Source: Eledone cirrhosa
Lineage: Eukaryota
Assembly (NCBI GenBank): GCA_964016885.1
Contig: CAXHJY010001472.1
Span: forward strand, 496,001-560,000
Reading direction: 5' to 3'
Length of the DNA: 64,000 nucleotides
Shown here: piece by piece, positions 52,101 through 64,000 of the stretch
Numbering within the stretch: position 1 is the first letter of the stretch
Layout of the letters: every line of letters starts with the position of its first letter
Notes under the pieces: model-generated
The model's database searches: none
Seen by the model: only the letters and a program-made list of their open reading frames with translations
Told to the model about the DNA's origin: nothing
Made by a program: the position numbers and the translations under genes

Positions 52101-55100
52101 GACGGCTGGAAATTATCTCCCCTTGGACGGCTAGAAATTACCTCTCCTTGGACGGCTGAAAATTATCTCCTCTTGGACGGCTGCAAATTATCTCCCCTTG
52201 ATTTTTTTTACAAATTATCTCCCCCTGATTTTTTTTTTACAAATTATCTACCCCTGATTTTTTTTTACAAATTATCTCCGCCTGATTTTTTTTTACAAAT
52301 TATCTCCCCCTGATTTTTTTTTACAAATTATCTCCCCCTGATTTTTTTTTTACAAATTATCTCCCCCTGATTTTTTTACAAATTATCTCCCCCTGATTTT
52401 TTTTACAATCTCCGCCTGATTTTTTTAAAAATTATCTTCCCTTGGCTGGCGGGAAATTATCTCCCCTTGGACGGCTGGAAATTATCTCCCCTTGGAAGGA
52501 TGGAAATTATCTCCCCTTGGACGGCTGGAAATTATCTCCCCTTGCACGGCTGGAAATTATCTCCCCTTGGACAGCTGGAAATTATCTGCCCTTGATTTTG
52601 TTTTTACAAATTATCTCCCCCTGATTTTTTTTACAAATTATCTCCACCTGATTTTTTAATAAATTGTCTCCCCTTGGACGGCTGGAAATTATCTCCCCTT
52701 GGCTGGAAATTATCTCCCCTTGGACGGCTAGAAATTATCTCTCTTTGGACGGCTGGAAATTATCTCCCTTTGATTTTTTTAACAAATTATCTCCCTCTGA
52801 TTTTTTTTACAAATCTCCCCCTGATTTTTTAAAAAAAATTATCTCCCCTTCGCTGGCTGGAAATTATCTCCCCTTGGACACTGGAAATTATAGCCCCCTG
52901 GAGGGCTGGAAATTATCTCCCCTTGGACGGCTGCAAATTATCTCCCCTTGGACGGCTGGAAATTATCTGCCCTTGATTTTGTTTTTACAAATTATATTCC
53001 CCTGATTTTTTTAACAAATTATCTCCACCTGATTTTTAAAAAAATTATCTCCCCTCGGACGGCTGGAAATTATCTCCCCTTGGCTGGAAATTATCTCCCC
53101 TTGGACGGCTAGAAATGATCTTTCTTTGGACGGCTGGAAATTATCTCCCTTGATTTTTTTTACAAATTATCTCCCCCTGATTTTTTTACAAATTATCTCC
53201 CCCTGATTATTTTTACAATCTCCGCCTGATTTTTTTAAAAATGATCTCCCCTTGGACGGCTGAAAATGATCTCCCCTTGGACGCTGGAAATTATAGCCCC
53301 TTGGAGGGCTGGAAATTATCTTCCCTTGGACGGCTGGAAATTATCTCCCCTTGATTTTTTTTACAAATTATCTCCCCCTGATTTTTTTTTACAAATTATC
53401 TCCCCCTGATTTTTTTTTACAAATTATCTCCCCCTGATTTTTTTTTACAAATTATCTCCCCCTGATTTTTTTACAAATTATCTCCCCCTGATTTTTTTTA
53501 CAATCTCCGCCTGATTTTTTTAAAAACTATCTTCCCTTGGCTGGCGGGAAATTATCTCCCCTTGGACGGCTGGAAATTATCTCCCCTTGGAAGGATGGAA
53601 ATTATCTCCCCTTGGACGGCTGGAAATTATCTCCCCTTGCACGGCTGGAAATTATCTCCCCTTGGACAGCTGGAAATTATCTGCCCTTGATTTTGTTTTT
53701 ACAAATTATCTTCCCCTGATTTTTTTTACAACTTATCTCCCCCTGATTTTTTTTACAAATTATCTCCCCCTGATTTTTTTTTACAAATTATCTCCCCCTG
53801 ATTTTTTTACAAATTATCTCCCCCTGATTTTTTTTACAAATTATCTCCGCCTGATTTTTTTAAATATTATCTTCCCTTGGCTGGCGGGAAATTAGCTCCC
53901 CTTGGACGGCTGGAAATTATCTCCCCTTGCACTGCTGGAAATTATCTCCCCTTGGACGGCTGGAAATTATCTGCCCTTGATTTTGTTTTTACAAATTATC
54001 TTCCCCTGATTTTTTTAACAAATTATCTCCACCTGATTTTTAAAAAAATTATCTCCCCTCGGACGGCTGGAAATTATCTCCCCTTGGCTGGAAATTATCT
54101 CCCCTTGGACGGCTAGAAATGATCTCTCTTTGGACGGCTGGAAATTATCTCCCTTGATTTTTTTTACAAATTATCTCCCCCTGATTTTTTTACAAATTAT
54201 CTCCCCCTGATTTTTTTTACAATCTCCGCCTGATTTTTTTAAAAATGATCTCCCCTTGGACGGCTGGAAATGATCTCCCCTTGGACGGCTGGAAATGATC
54301 TCCCCTTGGACGGCTGGAAATTATCTCCCCTTGATTTTTTTACAAATTATCTCCCTCTGATTTTTTTTACAAATCTCCCCCTGATTTTTAAAAAAAAATT
54401 ATCTCCCCTTCGCTGGCTGGAAATTATCTCCCCTTGGACACTGGAAATTATAGCCCCCTGGAGGGCTGGAAATTATCTTCCCTTGGACGGCTGGAAATTA
54501 TCTCCCCTTGATTTTTTTACAAATTATCTCCCCCTGATTTTTTTTTACAAATTATCTCCCCCTGAATTTTTTTACAAATTATCTCCCCCTGATTTTTTTT
54601 TACAAATTATCTCCCCCTGATATTTTTTTTACAAATTATCTCCGCCTGATTTTTTAAAAAAAATTATCTCCCCTTGGACGGCTGGAAATTATCTCCCTTG
54701 GACGGCTGGAAATTATCTCCCCTTGGACGGCTAGAAATTACCTCTCCTTGGATGGCTGAAAATTATCTCCCCTTGGACGGCTGCAAATTATCTCCCCTTG
54801 ATTTTTTTTACAAATTATCTCCCCCTGATTTTTTTTTTACAAATTATCTCCCCCTGATTTTTTTTTACAAATCTCCGCCTGATTTTTAAAAAAAATTATC
54901 TGCCTTTGGACGGCTGGAAATTATCTCCCCTTGGACGGCTGGAAATTATCTTCCCTTGGACGGCTAGAAATTACCTCTCATTGGACGGCTGAAAATTATC
55001 TCCCCTTGGACGGCTGGAAATTATCTCCCCTTGATTTTTTTACAAATTATCTGCCCCTGATTTTTTTTTTACAAATTATCTCCCCCTGATTTTTTTTTAC

Positions 55101-58100
55101 AAATTATCTACCCCTGATTTTTTTTACAAATTATCTCCCCCTGATTTTTTTTACAAATTATCTCCCCCTGATTTTTTTACAAATTATCTTCCCTTGGCTG
55201 GCGGGAAATTATCTCCCCTTGGACGGCTGGAAATTATCTCCCCTTGGAAGGATGGAAATTATCTCCCCTTGGACAGCTGGAAATTATCTCCCCTTGGACG
55301 GCTGAAAATTATCTCCCCTTGATTTTTTTTTTTACAAATTATCTCCCCCTGATTTTTTTTTACAAATTATCTCCCCCTGATTTTTTTTACAAATTATCTC
55401 ACCCTGATTTTTTTACAAATTAGCTCCGCCTGATTTTTTTAAAAATTATCTTCCCTTGGCTGGCGGGAAATTATCTCCCCTTGGACGGCTGGAAATTATC
55501 TACCCTTGGAAGGACGGAAATTATCTCCCCTTGGACAGCTAGAAATTACCTCTCCTTGGACGGCTGAAAATTATTTCCCCTTGGACGGCTGCAAATTATC
55601 TCCCCTTGATTTTTTTTACAAATTATCTCCCCCTGATTTTTTTTAAAAATTATCTACCCCTGATTTTTTTTACAAATTATCTCCCCCTGATTTTTTTTTT
55701 ACAAATTATCTACCCCTGATTTTTTTACATATTATCTCCCCCTGATTTTTTTTACAAATTATCTCCGCCTGATTTTTTAAAATATTATCTTCCCTTGGCT
55801 GGCGGGAAATTATCTCCCCTTGGACGGCTGGAAATTATCTCCCCTTGCACGGCTGGAAATTATCTCCCCTTGGACAGCTGGAAATTATCTGCCCTTGATT
55901 TTGTTTTTACAAATTATCTCCCCCTGATTTTTTTTACAAATTATCTCCACCTGATTTTTTAAAAAATTATCTCCCCTTGGACGGCTGGAAATTATCTCCC
56001 CTTGGCTGGAAATTATCTCCCCTTGGACGGCTAGAAATTATCTCTCTTTGGACGGCTGGAAATTATCTCCCTTTGATTTTTTTAACAAATTATCTCCCTC
56101 TGATTTTTTTTACAAATCTCCCCCTGATTTTTTTAAAAAAATTATCTCCCCTTCGCTGGCTGGAAATTATCTCCCCTTGGACACTGGAAATTATAGCCCC
56201 CTGGAGGGCTGGAAATTATCTCCCCTTGGACGGCTGCAAATTATCTCCCCTTGATTTTTCTTACAAATTATCTCCCCTTGATTTTTTTTTACAAATTATC
56301 TCCCCCTGATTTTTTTTACAAATTATCTCCCCCTGAATTATTTTTACAAATTATCTCCCCCTGATTTTTTTTTACAAATTATCTACCCCTGATTTTTTTT
56401 ACAAATTATCTCCCCCTGATTTTTTTTACAAATTATCTCCCCCTGATTTTTTTACAAATTATCTTCCCTTGGCTGGCGGGAAATTATCTCCCCTTGGACG
56501 GCTGGAAATTATCTCCCCTTGGAAGGATGGAAATTATCTCCCCTTGGACAGCTGGAAATTATCTCCCCTTGGACGGCTGAAAATTATCTCCCCTTGATTT
56601 TTTTTTTTACAAATTATCTCCCCCTGATTTTTTTTTACAAATTATCTCCCCCTGATTTTTTTTACAAATTATCTCACCCTGATTTTTTTACAAATTAGCT
56701 CCGCCTGATTTTTTTAAAAATTATCTTCCCTTGGCTGGCGGGAAATTATCTCCCCTTGGACGGCTGGAAATTATCTCCCCTTGGAAGGACGGAAATTATC
56801 TCCCCTTGGACAGCTAGAAATTACCTCTCCTTGGACGGCTGAAAATTATTTCCCCTTGGACGGCTGCAAATTATCTCCCCTTGATTTTTTTTACAAATTA
56901 TCTCCCCCTGATTTTTTTTAAAAATTATCTACCCCTGATTTTTTTTACAAATTATCTCCGCCTGATTTTTTTTTACAAATTATCTCCCCCTGATTTTTTT
57001 TTTACAAATTATCTACCCCTGATTTTTTTACATATTATCTCCCCCTGATTTTTTTTACAAATTATCTCCGCCTGATTTTTTAAAATATTATCTTCCCTTG
57101 GCTGGCGGGAAATTATCTCCCCTTGGACGGCTGGAAATTATCTCCCCTTGCACGGCTGGAAATTATCTCCCCTTGGACAGCTGGAAATTATCTGCCCTTG
57201 ATTTTGTTTTTACAAATTATCTTCCCCTGATTTTTTTTACAAATTATCTCCACCTGATTTTTTAAAAAATTATCTCCCCTTGGACGGCTGGAAATTATCT
57301 CCCCTTGGCTGGAAATTATCTCCCCTTGGACGGCTAGAAATTATCTCTCTTTGGACGGCTGGAAATTATCTCCCTTTGATTTTTTTAACAAATTATCTCC
57401 CTCTGATTTTTTTTACAAATCTCCCCCTGATTTTTTTAAAAAAATTATCTCCCCTTCGCTGGCTGGAAATTATCTCCCCTTGGACACTGGAAATTATAGC
57501 ACCCTGGAGGGCTGGAAATTATCTCCCCTTGGACGGCTGCAAATTATCTCCCCTTGATTTTTCTTACAAATTATCTCCCCTTGATTTTTTTTTACAAATT
57601 ATCTCCCCCTGATTTTTTTTACAAATTATCTCCCCCTGAATTATTTTTACAAATTATCTCCCCCTGATTTTTTTTTTACAAATTATCTCCCCCTGATTTT
57701 TTTACAAATTATCTCCCCCTGATTTTTTTTACAATCTCAGCCTGATTTTTTTAAAAATTATCTTCCCTTGGCTGGCTGGAAATTATCTCCCCTTGGACGG
57801 CTGGAAATTATCTCCCCTTGGAAGGATGGAAATTATCTCCCCTTGGACGGCTGGAAATTATCTCCCCTTGCACGGCTGGAAATTATCTCCCCTTGGACAG
57901 CTGGAAATTATCTGCCCTTGATTTTGTTTTTACAAATTATCTTCCCCTGATTTTTTTTACAAATTATCTCCCCCTGATTTTTTTTACAAATTATCTCCCC
58001 CTGATTTTTTTTTACAAATTATCTCCCCCTGATTTTTTTACAAATTATCTCCCCCTGATTTTTTTTACAAATTATCTCCGCCTGATTATTTTAAATATTA

Positions 58101-61100
58101 TCTTCCCTTGGCTGGCGGGAAATTAGCTCCCCTTGGACGGCTGGAAATTATCTCCCCTTGCACTGCTGGAAATTATCTCCCCTTGGACGGCTGGAAATTA
58201 TCTGCCCTTGATTTTGTTTTTGCAAATTATCTTCCCCTGATTTTTTTAACAAATTATCTCCACCTGATTTAAAAAAAAAATTATCTCCCCTCGGACGGCT
58301 GGAAATTATCTCCCCTTGGCTGGAAATTATCTCCCCTTGGACGGCTAGAAATGATCTCTCTTTGGACGGCTGGAAATTATCTCCCTTGATTTTTTTTACA
58401 AATTATCTCCCCCTGATTTTTTTACAAATTATCTCCCCCTGATTTTTTTTACAATCTCCGCCTGATTTTTTTAAAAATGATCTCCCCTTGGACGGCTGGA
58501 AATGATCTCCCCTTGGACGCTGGAAATTATAGCCCCTTGGAGGGCTGGAAATTATCTCCCCTTGGACGGCTGGAAATTATCTCCCCTTGGACGGCTAGAA
58601 ATTACCTCTCCTTGGACGGCTGAAAATTATCTCCCCTTGGACGGCTGCAAATTATCTCCCCTTGATTTTTTTTACAAATTATCTCCCCTTGATTTTTTTT
58701 TACAAATTATCTCCCCCTGATTTTATTTACAAATTATCTCCCCCTGATTTTTTTTTACAAATTATCTCCCCCTGATTTTTTTTTACAAATTATCTCCCCC
58801 TGATTTTTTTACAAATTATCTTCCCTTGGCTGGCGGGAAATTATCTCCCCTTGGACGGCTGGAAATTATCTCCCCTTGGAAGGATGGAAATTATCTCCCC
58901 TTGCACGGCTGGAAATTATCTCCCCTTGCACGGCTGGAAATTATCTCCCCTTGGACAGCTGGAAATTATCTGCCCTTGATTTTGTTTTTACAAATTATCT
59001 ACCCCTGATTTTTTTTACAAATTATCTCCCCCTGATTTTTTTTTTACAAATTATCTCCCCATGATTTTTTTAAAAATGATCTCCCCTTGGACGGCTGGAA
59101 ATGATCTCCCCTTGGCTGGTTGGAAATTATCTCCCCTTGGACCGCTAGAAATTATCTCTCCTTGGACGGCTGGAAATTATCTCCCCTTGATTTTTTTCAC
59201 AAATCTCCCCCTAATTTAAAAAAAAATTATCTCCCCTTCGCTGGCTGGAAATTATCTCCCTTTGGACGGCTGGAAATTATAGCCCCTTGTAGGGCTGGAA
59301 ATTATCTCCCCTTGGACGGCTGGAAATTATCTCCCCTTGATTTTTTTAACAAATTTTCTCCCCCTGATTTTTTTAAAAATGATCTCCCCTTGGACGGCTG
59401 GAAATGATCTCCCCTTGGCTGGTTGGAAATTATCTCCCCTTGGACCGCTAGAAATTATCTCTCCTTGGACGGCTGGAAATTATGTCCCCTTGATTTTTTT
59501 TACAAATCTCCCCCTAATTTAAAAAAAAATTATCTCCCCTTCGCTGGCTGGAAATTATCTCCCCTTGGACGCTGGAAATTATAGCCCCTTGGAGGGCTGG
59601 AAATTATCTTACCTTGGACGGCTGGAAATTATCTCCCCTTGATTTTTTTTTACAAATTATCTCCCCCTGATTTTTTTTTATAAATTATCTCCCCCTGATT
59701 TTTTTTACAAATTATCTCCCCCTGATTTTTCTTAACAAATTATCTCCGCCTGATTTTTTTAAAAAAATTATCTCCCCTTGGACGGCTGGAAATTATCTCC
59801 CCTTGGACGGCTGGAAATTATCTCCCCTTGGACGGCTAGAAATTACCTCTCCTTGGACGGCTGAAAATTATCTCCCCTTGGACGGCTGCAAATTATCTCC
59901 CCTTGATTTTTTTTACAAATTATCTCCCCTTGATTTTTTTTTACAAATTATCTCCCCCTGATTTTTTTTACAAATTATCTCCCCCTGATTTTTTTTTACA
60001 AATTATCTCCCCCTGATTTTTTTTTTACAAATTATCTCCCCCTGATTTTTTTACAAATTATCTTCGCTTGGCTGGCGGGAAATTATCTCCCCTTGGACGG
60101 CTGGAAATTATCTCCCCTTGGAAGGATGGAAATTATCTCCCCTTGGACGGCTGGAAATTATCTCCCCTTGCACGGCTGGAAATTATCTCCCCTTGGACAG
60201 CTGGAAATTATCTGCCCTTGAATTTGTTTTTACAAATTATCTCCCCCTGATTTTTTTTACAAATTATCTCCACCTGATTTTTTAAAAAATTATCTCCCCT
60301 TGGACGGCTGGAAATTATCTCCCCTTGGCTGGAAATTATCTCCCCTTGGACGGCTAGAAATTATCTCTCTTTGGACGGCTGGAAATTATCTCCCTTTGAT
60401 TTTTTTAACAAATTATCTCCCTCTGATTTTTTTTACAAATCTCCCCCTGATTTTTTTAAAAAAATTATCTCCCCTTCGCTGGCTGGAAATTATCTCCCCT
60501 TGGACACTGGAAATTATAGCCCCCTGGAGGGCTGGAAATTATCTTCCCTTGGAAGGCTGGAAATTATCTCCCCTTGATTTTTTTTACAAATTATCTGCCC
60601 CTGATATTTTTTTTACAAATTATCTCCCCCTGATTTTTTTAAAAATGATCTCCCCTTGGACGGCTGGAAATGATCTCCCCTTGGCTGGTTGGAAATTATC
60701 TCCCCTTGGACCGCTAGAAATTATCTCTCCTTGGATGGCTGGAAATTATCTCCCCTTGATTTTTCTACAAATTATCTCCCCCTGATTTTTTTTACAAATC
60801 TCCCAGTGATTTAAAAAAAAAATTTTCTCCCCTTCGCTGGCTGGAAATTATCTCCCCTTGGACGCTGGAAATTATAGCCCCTTGGAAGGCTGGAAATTAT
60901 CTTCCCTTGGACGGCTGGAAATTATCTCCCCTTGATTTTTTTTTACAAATTATCTCCCCCTGATTTTTTTTTTTACAAATTATCTCCCCCTGATTTTTTT
61001 TAACAAATTATCTCCGCCTGATTTTTTTAAAAAAATTATCTCCCCTTGAACGGCTGGAAATTATCTCCCCTTGGACGGCTGGAAATTATCTCCCCTTGGA

Positions 61101-64000
61101 CGGCTAGAAATTACCTCTCCTTGGACGGCTGAAAATTATCTCCCCTTGGACGGCTGCAAATTATCTCCCCTTGATTTTTTTTACAAATTATCTCCCCTTG
61201 ATTTTTTTTTACAAATTATCTCCCCCTGATTTTTTTTACAAATTATCTTCCCTTGGACGGCTGGAAATTATCTCCCCTTGGAAGGATGGAAATTATCTCC
61301 CCTTGGACGGCTGGAAATTATCTCCCCTTGCACGGCTGGAAATTATCTCCCCTTGGACAGCTGGAAATTATCTGCCCTTGATTTTGTTTTTACAAATTAT
61401 CTCCCCCTGATTTTTTTTACAAATTATCTCCACCTGATTTTTTTAAAAATTATCTCCCCTTGGACGGCTGGAAATTATCTCCCCTTGGCTGGAAATTATC
61501 TCCCCTTGGACGGCTAGAAATTATCTCTCTTTGGACGGCTGGAAATTATCTCCCTTTGATTTTTTTAACAAATTATCTCCCTCTGATTTTTTTTACAAAT
61601 CTCCCCCTGATTTTTTTAAAAAAATTATCTCCCCTTCGCTGGCTGGAAATTATCTCCCCTTGGACACTGGAAATTATAGCCCCCTGGAGGGCTGGAAATT
61701 ATCTTCTCTTGGACGGCTGGAAATTATCTCCCCTTGATTTTTTTTACAAATTATCTCCCCCTGATTTTTTTTTACAAATTATCTCCCCCTGATTTTTTTT
61801 ACAAATTATCTCCCCCTGATTTTTTTTTACAAATTATCTCCCCCTGATATTTTTTTTACAAATTATCTCCGCCTGATTTTTTAAAAAAAATTATCTCCCC
61901 TTGGACGGCTGGAAATTATCTCCCCTTGGACGGCTGGAAATTATCTCCCCTTGGACGGCTAGAAATTACCTCTCCTTGGACGGCTGAAAATTATCTCCCC
62001 TTGGACGGCTGCAAATTATCTCCCCTTGATTTTTTTTACAAATTATCTCCCCCTGATTTTTTTTTACAAATTATCTCCCCCTGATTTTTTTTTTACAAAT
62101 CTCCGCCTGATTTTTAAAAAAAATTATCTCCCCTTGGACGGCTGGAAATTATCTCCCCTTGGACGGCTGGAAATTATCTTCCCTTGGACGGCTAGAAATT
62201 ACCTCTCCTTGGACGGCTGAAAATTATCTCCCCTTGGACGGCTGGAAATTATCTCCCCTTGATTTTTTTACAAATTATCTGCCCCTGATTTTTTTTTTAC
62301 AAATTATCTCCCCCTGATTTTTTTAAAAATGATCTCCCCTTGGACGGCTGGAAATGATCTCCCCTTGGCTGGTTGGAAATTATCTCCCCTTGGACCGCTA
62401 GAAATAATCTCTCCTTGGACGGCTGGAAATTATCTCCCCTTGATTTTTTTTTACAAATCTCCCCCTAATTTAAAAAAAAATTATCTCCCCTTCGCTGGCT
62501 GGAAATTATCTCCCTTTGGACGGCTGGAAATTATAGCCCCTTGTAGGGCTGGAAATTATCTCCCCTTGGACGGCTGGAAATTATCTCCCCTTGATTTTCT
62601 TTACAAATTATCTCCCCCTGACTTTTTTAAAAATGATCTCCCCTTGGACGGCTGGAAATGATCTCCCCTTGGCTGGTTGGAAATTTTCTCCCCTTGGACC
62701 GCTAGAAATTATCTCTCCTTGGACGGCTGGAAATTATCTCCCCATGATTTTTTTACAAATTATCTCCCCCTGATTTTTTTTACAAATCTCCCAGTGATTT
62801 TTTAAAAAAATTATCTCCCCTTCGCTGGCTGGAAATTATCTCCCCTTGGACGCTGGAAATTATAGCCCCTTGGAGGGCTGGAAATTATCTTCCCTTGGAC
62901 GGCTGGAAATTATCTCCCCTTGATTTTTTTTACAAATTATCTCCCCCTGATTTTTTTTTACAAATTATCTCCCCCTGATTTTTTTTACAAATTATCTCCC
63001 CCTGATTTTTTTTAACAAATTATCTCCCCTTGGACGGCTGGAAATTATCTCCCCTTGGACGGCTGGAAATTATCTCCCCTTGGACGGCTAGAAATTACCT
63101 CTCCTTGGACAGCTGAAAATTATCTCCCCTTGGACGGCTGCAAATTATCTCCCCTTGATTTTTTTTACAAATTATCTCCCCTTGATTTTTTTTTACAAAT
63201 TATCTCCCCCTGATTTTTTTTACAAATTATCTCCCCCTGATTTTTTTTTACAAATTATCTCCCCCTGATTTTTTTTACAAAATATCTCCCCCTGATTTTT
63301 TTACAAATTATCTCCCCCTGATTTTTTTTACAATCTCCGCCTGATTTTTTTAAAAATTATCTTGCCTTGGCTGGCTGGAAATTATCTCCCCTTGGACGGC
63401 TGGAAATTATCTCCCCTTGGAAGGATGGAAATTATCTCCCCTTGGACGGCTGGAAATTATCTCCCCTTGCACGGCTGGAAATTATCTCCCCTTGGACAGC
63501 TGGAAATTATCTGCCCTTGATTTTGTTTTTACAAATTATGTTCCCCTGATTTTTTTTACAAATTATCTCCACCTGATTTTTTAAAAAATTATCTCCCCTT
63601 GGACGGCTGGAAATTATCTCCCCTTGGTTGGAAATTATCTCCCCTTGGACGGCTAGAAATTATCTCTGTTTGGACGGCTGGAAATTATCTCCCTTTGATT
63701 TTTTTAACAAATTATCTCCCTCTGATTTTTTTTACAAATCTCCCCCTGATTTTTTTAAAAAAATTATCTCCCCTTCGCTGGCTGGAAATTATCTCCCCTT
63801 GGACACTGGAAATTATAGCCCCCTGGAGGGCTGGAAATTATCTTCCCTTGGACGGCTGGAAATTATCTCCCCTTGATTTTTTTTACAAATTATCTCCCCC
63901 TGATTTTTTTTTTACAAATTATCTCCCCCTGATTTTTTTTACAAATTATCTCCCCCTGATTTTTTTACAAATTATCTCCGCCTGATTTTTTTAAAAATTA
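43150..64000 (+). repeat. Second satellite domain: same monomers, different higher-order arrangement (~11.0-12.4 kb period)
   Basis: TTACCTCTCATTGG at 43941 and 54971 (11030). Pseudo-ORF pairs 44946/57280 (12334), 46734/59120 (12386), 47889/60300 (12411), 50388/62329 (11941) and 51633/63599 (11966). Domain-specific variants AATTAGCTCC, CCCCATGA, TTGTAGGGC and GAATTATTTT. Confidence 0.85.
55090..57670 (+). repeat. ~1.28-1.30 kb direct tandem duplication (boundaries approximate)
   Basis: CTCACCC at 55398 and 56673 and AGGACGG at 55511 and 56786 (offset 1275). Offset becomes 1303 after a one-monomer difference (55977/57280). Confidence 0.88.

Larger units (their letters stand above)
1..64000. 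repeat. Dimorphic tandem satellite array (25-bp monomer A and 26-30-bp monomer B sharing a 16-bp core), single orientation, extends beyond both window edges
   Basis: Core AAATTATCTCCCC(C/T)TG recurs every 21-30 bp from the first to the last line. No non-repeat interruption and no reverse-complement copy (GGGGAGATAATTT) was seen on the + strand. Confidence 0.99.

Noticed and set aside
164-63985. All listed + strand ORFs (60-167 aa; WKLSPLGRLEIISPWTAGNYLPLDG repeats)
   Set aside because: Monomer A is 25 bp with no stop codon in any + frame, so A runs are trivially open and cycle through three frames. Variable T-tracts shift frame freely and most starts are TTG within the repeat. The minus strand has TAA in each core, which explains the lack of ORFs there.
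1-64000. CRISPR-like constant repeat with variable spacer
   Set aside because: The 'spacers' are only about 5-14 bp, fall into two heavily repeated classes rather than being unique, and there is no leader or cas gene.
1-64000. Telomerase-synthesised repeat (25-bp unit, as long as some budding-yeast telomere units)
   Set aside because: Multi-kb higher-order inheritance of variants indicates recombinational amplification rather than templated addition. I do not recognise the unit as a telomere repeat.
1-64000. Wholly synthetic or sequencing-artefact concatemer
   Set aside because: Nested shared variants, private SNPs and mosaic copies fit natural satellite evolution, although individual large duplications still need read-level confirmation.

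Overview
The whole 64 kb window is one uninterrupted, head-to-tail tandem satellite array that runs off both edges. I found no unique sequence, genuine gene, RNA gene, transposon or inversion. Every monomer shares a 16-bp core, AAATTATCTCCCC(C/T)TG, followed by one of two tails: GACGGCTGG (monomer A, 25 bp) or A-T7..11-AC (monomer B, about 26-30 bp). That is roughly 2,400 monomers (estimate, 64 kb / ~26 bp). A and B occur in alternating runs with stereotyped junction variants. These build a nested hierarchy: a 150-bp six-A cassette, 0.8-2 kb modules, a 7.3-7.9 kb higher-order repeat (HOR) with two subtypes, and a ~25.3 kb super-duplication (1 to ~43.1 kb). A differently organised domain with an ~11-12.4 kb period follows (~43.15-64 kb). 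All listed ORFs are by-products of the repeat. It is most likely eukaryotic heterochromatic or (peri)centromeric-type satellite, but I cannot name the family or host, and any function is inference. Analysis was by eye, so block boundaries are approximate.
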